Part shown: piece by piece, positions 61,701-64,000 of the stretch
Position numbering within the stretch: the stretch's first letter is position 1
Layout: each line of letters starts with the position of its first letter
Assembly (NCBI GenBank): GCA_049325535.1
Contig: JBMOKY010000001.1
Coordinates: forward strand, 749,942-813,941
Source of the DNA: Patescibacteria group bacterium
Lineage (GTDB): Bacteria > Patescibacteriota > Patescibacteriia > UBA10025 > JAHIVO01
Direction: 5' to 3'
DNA: 64,000 nt
Position numbers and translations under genes: made by a program
Notes under the pieces: generated by a model
Databases searched by the model: none
The model's input: only the letters and a program-made list of their open reading frames with translations
What the model was told of the DNA's origin: nothing

Positions 61701-64000
61701 GTCACCACGTACGTATCATCAGTCTGAAAATAATCCTCACTGGTGGACGGATCAAACGCGACGTCGGCGTCCGTCACCCAGGCTACATAATACCCGGCCA
61801 GTCCGGACTCGCCGTCACTGCCACCGGAAAATTCGAAGTAAGGATTGACGTAATAATAATTTTCCCCGTCCACCAGGACGGATGTCTCGGCAGCATCGGA
61901 ATACCCGTCAGCCGACGGATTAGTCGGATCAGTGGAATCTTTTTCGTAATTGATGGTGAAACTATTGACGATCGGCGTGCTGGTATTATCGGAATGAAGC
62001 TCGACCTTCACCTGAATATACCTTCCTACCGTCGAATCGATCTCCCAGTCTATATCCTCTACCTGATCCCAGGCGGTCCAGGATACCTGGTCATCCGACG
62101 TCCGAGTATAGAAATCCACCGTGGTCGTACCCGGCGTAGTCACTGAGGCGGAAAATCCGTTGAAAGCAGTGGCATACGTCAGATCAATAGTATCGGAAAT
62201 CCAGGTGGCCGACGGAATATATTCATCCGTTTCCGTGGCATATGCATAAATGGCGAACGTATCACTTCCGCGACGTACATACATAGTATCGTTCGCGTCA
62301 TCATGCGCCATGGACTGGCCCCGGATAAATTCAGTTGGTAATTCACTCACTTTCGTCCACTCATCTTCGGAAATGTCATACCGATAATAATTCTTATTGA
62401 ATCCGCTGGAAATGGCGTAGATATTATCGACACCATCAAATTCCAAGACGGTATTATAGTACGCTGCCGCCGGAAAATCATTCAGGGTCGACCAGGTATC
62501 GGTGTCGGGATCATACCGGTAAAAATTACCGCGCCAGTAACCCGGCATGACAAACACGTCATCACCATTATCGGTGATGGCTCCGCCATAAAACGCGGCG
62601 TTTGTTGCAGGAATGTCCGGGATAGTTTCCGTGGTCCAGCCAGCACTATACCGAAATACATTGCGCGTGCCATTGCCCTGCAGCACGTAAAATTCATTAT
62701 CAGCCAAACAGGTAATCCCGGCGCCTTCTTCCGGATTTCCCGGTATGCTGCCGATAGTACTCCAGGTGCCGGCCGATATGTCATAGTTTGCTACCGTAGC
62801 AGTATTGCGCGCACGAATATAATAAATATTATCATTTCCGTCGTAGCACATGGACGACCCGATCTGCGGACGGTAATCAGTCGGGGTAGTAGCTAGATCG
62901 GTCAAACTATTCCATACTTTTGCGGCGATGTCATACCGATAAAAAGTTACTGATGTATCACCGCGCATGATAAAAAGACAGCCAGTGGCATCAGCGCAGT
63001 CTACTCCATTGGGCACAAATACCATTTCATTGCCATCGTACGAACCCGAAGCATCGGCATTTAATGTGATGGAATCCCACTTACCCTCCGTCACATCATA
63101 TTTCAGGAGCTCGGGCCGATTGATACCGGGCAGGGCATATACATACCCATCCAGATATTCCAGCGAGCCGCCTTCATTCACCGTCACGTTCATATCCGGC
63201 GTATCGGCCGACAGCGCATCCCAGGTATTTGCCTCCACATCGTATTGGGCAAATTCATCGTTCGACCCGCCGGTGACCATGTATATAGTTTCAGTATCAT
63301 CGTTGTAGGCCATCGCACTTCCGTAATTGATGCGACCAGAAGTACCCAAATCAGTGTCTACTGTGGCCGCCTGGACCCAAGTGCCGTCTTTTATTTCATA
63401 ACGAAAAAAACGAACATTGTTATTTCCCTGAAAGGCGTAAATACAACCCTGCTCGCAATAGGTCGTCTCCCCAACGGTCCAGCTTTTGCTGGAGTACTCG
63501 AGGGCGTGCCCATTCGTCGTATAAATCTGATATGGTGACGGAATGCTATTCTCATTGTCCTTCCATATACCGGTGGCGATATTGTACGACCAAAACTTGT
63601 CAAAATTTTTACCCTGCACCGCGTACAATTTTCCATTTTCCCCGCTGACGATGTCCGAACCCAGGCCCCATGTGTCTGGCGCGTCAGCCAGCCGGTCCCA
63701 GGTGTCCGCGGCAATGTCATAGCGGAAAAAATCTTTTCTGGCATCTGTTGAATCATCGCCATCCTGACCGTTGATGGCATAGAGATATCCATCGTAGTAC
63801 GCCAGGCTGCCACCATAATGAAATCCAGTTGGCGCATCCGCCAGTTGTTTCCACGTCGCCAGCTCAGGATTGTAGCGAAACAAATCAGGCTGACGGCCGC
63901 CGATGATCATGTACAGATAGGTACCGTCAGTGACCAGGTCAGCGCCATAGGTGGCCCCATCGTGGTTATTGAACCCCGTGTACGCGTTGCTATACACCAT
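55781..64000 (-). CDS. Giant surface protein (>2739 aa, 5'-truncated): Kelch-like beta-propellers plus FN3/Ig-like repeats
   Basis: Many F(Y/F)RYD...W Kelch-like blades; C-terminal W.T......VEYG...H.V.L.NL...YHYR repeats; frame is open to the window edge. Confidence 0.9.
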   Translation of the reverse strand: MVYSNAYTGFNNHDGATYGADLVTDGTYLYMIIGGRQPDLFRYNPELATWKQLADAPTGFHYGGSLAYYDGYLYAINGQDGDDSTDARKDFFRYDIAADTWDRLADAPDTWGLGSDIVSGENGKLYAVQGKNFDKFWSYNIATGIWKDNENSIPSPYQIYTTNGHALEYSSKSWTVGETTYCEQGCIYAFQGNNNVRFFRYEIKDGTWVQAATVDTDLGTSGRINYGSAMAYNDDTETIYMVTGGSNDEFAQYDVEANTWDALSADTPDMNVTVNEGGSLEYLDGYVYALPGINRPELLKYDVTEGKWDSITLNADASGSYDGNEMVFVPNGVDCADATGCLFIMRGDTSVTFYRYDIAAKVWNSLTDLATTPTDYRPQIGSSMCYDGNDNIYYIRARNTATVANYDISAGTWSTIGSIPGNPEEGAGITCLADNEFYVLQGNGTRNVFRYSAGWTTETIPDIPATNAAFYGGAITDNGDDVFVMPGYWRGNFYRYDPDTDTWSTLNDFPAAAYYNTVLEFDGVDNIYAISSGFNKNYYRYDISEDEWTKVSELPTEFIRGQSMAHDDANDTMYVRRGSDTFAIYAYATETDEYIPSATWISDTIDLTYATAFNGFSASVTTPGTTTVDFYTRTSDDQVSWTAWDQVEDIDWEIDSTVGRYIQVKVELHSDNTSTPIVNSFTINYEKDSTDPTNPSADGYSDAAETSVLVDGENYYYVNPYFEFSGGSDGESGLAGYYVAWVTDADVAFDPSTSEDYFQTDDTYVVTVDKDGNQISSGIYHLRVAAKDQAGNVAAAQTVFTYEYSGISPSASVDWDDSADFGAVGITETNINTNADSGDTMKLDSVADGVWTHEAPTPLQLSATTANDGSTIAYDGNDTLFILRGNNSQNLWAYSISNKTYDETHTAYGTVNVTRGAAMVYVPNGVTLGCTDASGCLFATAGNGTTFKRYNISAKTWDTMNPVSQIVSYGGSLVYDGNDTIYASSGNAQYYFMKYTISTGIWSDPAVPDMDQTAYYGHTLTYVPNGDYCGTAGGCVYATRGYNDNDFYKYEVGGSWSYGNNVPLWTSYGATSYYIDGYIYLLRGHVSNDFLRYDIAQNKWEYLADIPTSKYLGSSNSMFYVEETDTLYVLRGEAEYTLLAYDVSDNRWRTQALPTGLNRAGFYYGATAFYDDAEDTKDAMFVARGLNTPDFYAYYPELERWEKRASVPHYVRFGADAEYIDHATDALDGVYLLSGDDGLGDNIAYFYRYDPKTDLWTRLNHRTSAPANITEPGYGADLVYDGNDTIYLITGANTRYFYSYDITDDVWTQIGTSTNLTAAAYLGSCAVYASVGGDNYVYYVQSNNTRNIYRFNTDPADNPGLTWETMALAPAALYYGDACVLDGQGNILVPRGNNTDEMYVYDLSGDSWTTRTVLQYYEYGSLVMTDNNIILGFRGESTSAMERYVVSTASTGFQANGSWISQVNDFTAGVFGYGTLAVTSTLADNTSLAVETRTCDDASCTTPGEWEEAGNVRTIGGTTYYSVESDVSQYGQVRLSFASDQVYTPSIDDISWTYYSDLSAPSNPAVVLGYTDSGMGTGIADDTWTNETTPYFDWSAADNAGGIGIDGFYVYFGSDDTKDPIDDADDPTNLAYVGGTNFYASPDGSAGSWDVTTQAASALTSDEYYLIIRTKDRNNNTSVSSGTLFTYKLDTIAPSRPSSVTATPASWTSVNNFDFSWPVATDTGGSGIKEYCYAINEGAQTCVPTNAVNDELATQTRENSFCVYSVDNADNVSVTCRERIFYYAGDAPSAPQNIVIDPVTSALSPQEDVNSFTVTWDLPSTCLGSGAGDCDSADILRYCYTINELPSAETCGINLAGSATPSPDGGWTTSTQTSSRSLLSFSAATQQGENTIYIVAADAINNIDYDNYVSENYYFSSNAPGVPSSAAATDTSDRATQKYSVVLTWDEPADVGSGVTGYNVYRCEADCENPDSVDDPPANYSKIATVNTLGYLDTSLDTDITYSYFARAAGTGGVQSGNSAVLEIKPEGKFKFAPLMSGQPTVTPFIRSAIVEWLTLDDQDQYGNIVEHDASSYVEYGTTTAYGNEAGTPDLVNEHEVTLTNLQPDTEYHYRTRWTDQDGNTGYSTDFTFLTKGAPSAPLNLTVDPLSNTTNSYTFEWEAPQDEGVTVAGYYYSINNLPNESNVTYTEATSVGPIDAATQQGTNTFYVLAVDDGGNLSYDNYAAVEFVAHTTPPGPPQAVTITDSSDRDAKRYSITITWDPPEGYTTDDELFYTISRSTDNETFEDIATITSTGYLDTGLDNTQEYFYLITAKDKAAATSDPTDVVSEKPEGRFTQPPEITEGPTAVADSYSATITWRTERIASSFVEIGLTEGGLDTEQGLADQVESHSVKVTGLKPQTKYYYQVKSIDVDENVALSSVQSFTTLEAPRVLNLEVSDIRLFDAIISWETNKETTAVIEYGTTTNYGLTYTDTSGSFAFTHTVKLENLSDSTTYNLRINGVDKSGNTISSDNYTFQTLTFPQVSDVVTENKAEGQTEIRWKTNVPTTSEVEYYNENIAPKVQGTAALQTDHSVLLFGLEDATLYKYIVRGNDEFGYQAESAELEFTTLEDTTPPEIFGVASESNTIGSGDASKIQIVISWKTNEATTSKVEYGVGLGGTDYTDETEENAELVLDHLVVVTNLAPAKTYHFRVVSTDKAGNVTKSDSHTVLTSRERESFLQLIISNLEATFSWLGNVGSLF

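Noticed and set aside
63998-64000. ATG at 64000 as the true start of the giant protein
   Set aside because: It coincides with the window edge, begins mid-repeat and has no signal peptide

Overview
Bacterial chromosomal segment, most likely from a Patescibacteria/CPR organism. This is an inference from the short atpH, a VirB2/TrbC-like pilin, a membrane-anchored Clp ATPase, a giant beta-propeller/FN3 surface protein, and SD-less core genes. Core genes are typA, a complete F1Fo ATP synthase operon, natAB-like ABC, rmuC, tatD, metG, rsmI, alpha2-type GlyRS, cyclophilin and a MacB-type ABC. Interspersed, densest at about 1.7-21.5 kb, are short accessory transcription units that each have a canonical sigma70 promoter, a strong SD and a terminator. 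Highlights: (1) two radical SAM genes (SPASM + RRE-like; rSAM + YkgJ fusion) translationally coupled to an unannotated 31-aa Lys-rich peptide, a candidate new RiPP system; (2) a promoter- and terminator-bounded, almost G-free ~170-nt ncRNA with repeated anti-SD-like CUCCC motifs; (3) four unannotated Cys/His micro-ORFs, one antisense inside the atp operon; (4) an OmpA-like/beta-barrel protein paired with a D-T-repeat lipoprotein; (5) heliorhodopsin next to a VIT1 transporter; (6) a two-component cluster with no kinase catalytic domain; (7) an N-terminally extended bS21 homolog; (8) several proteins with degenerate catalytic motifs. I saw no rRNA, tRNA, CRISPR or IS element. All calls come from reading motifs by eye; no database searches were run.
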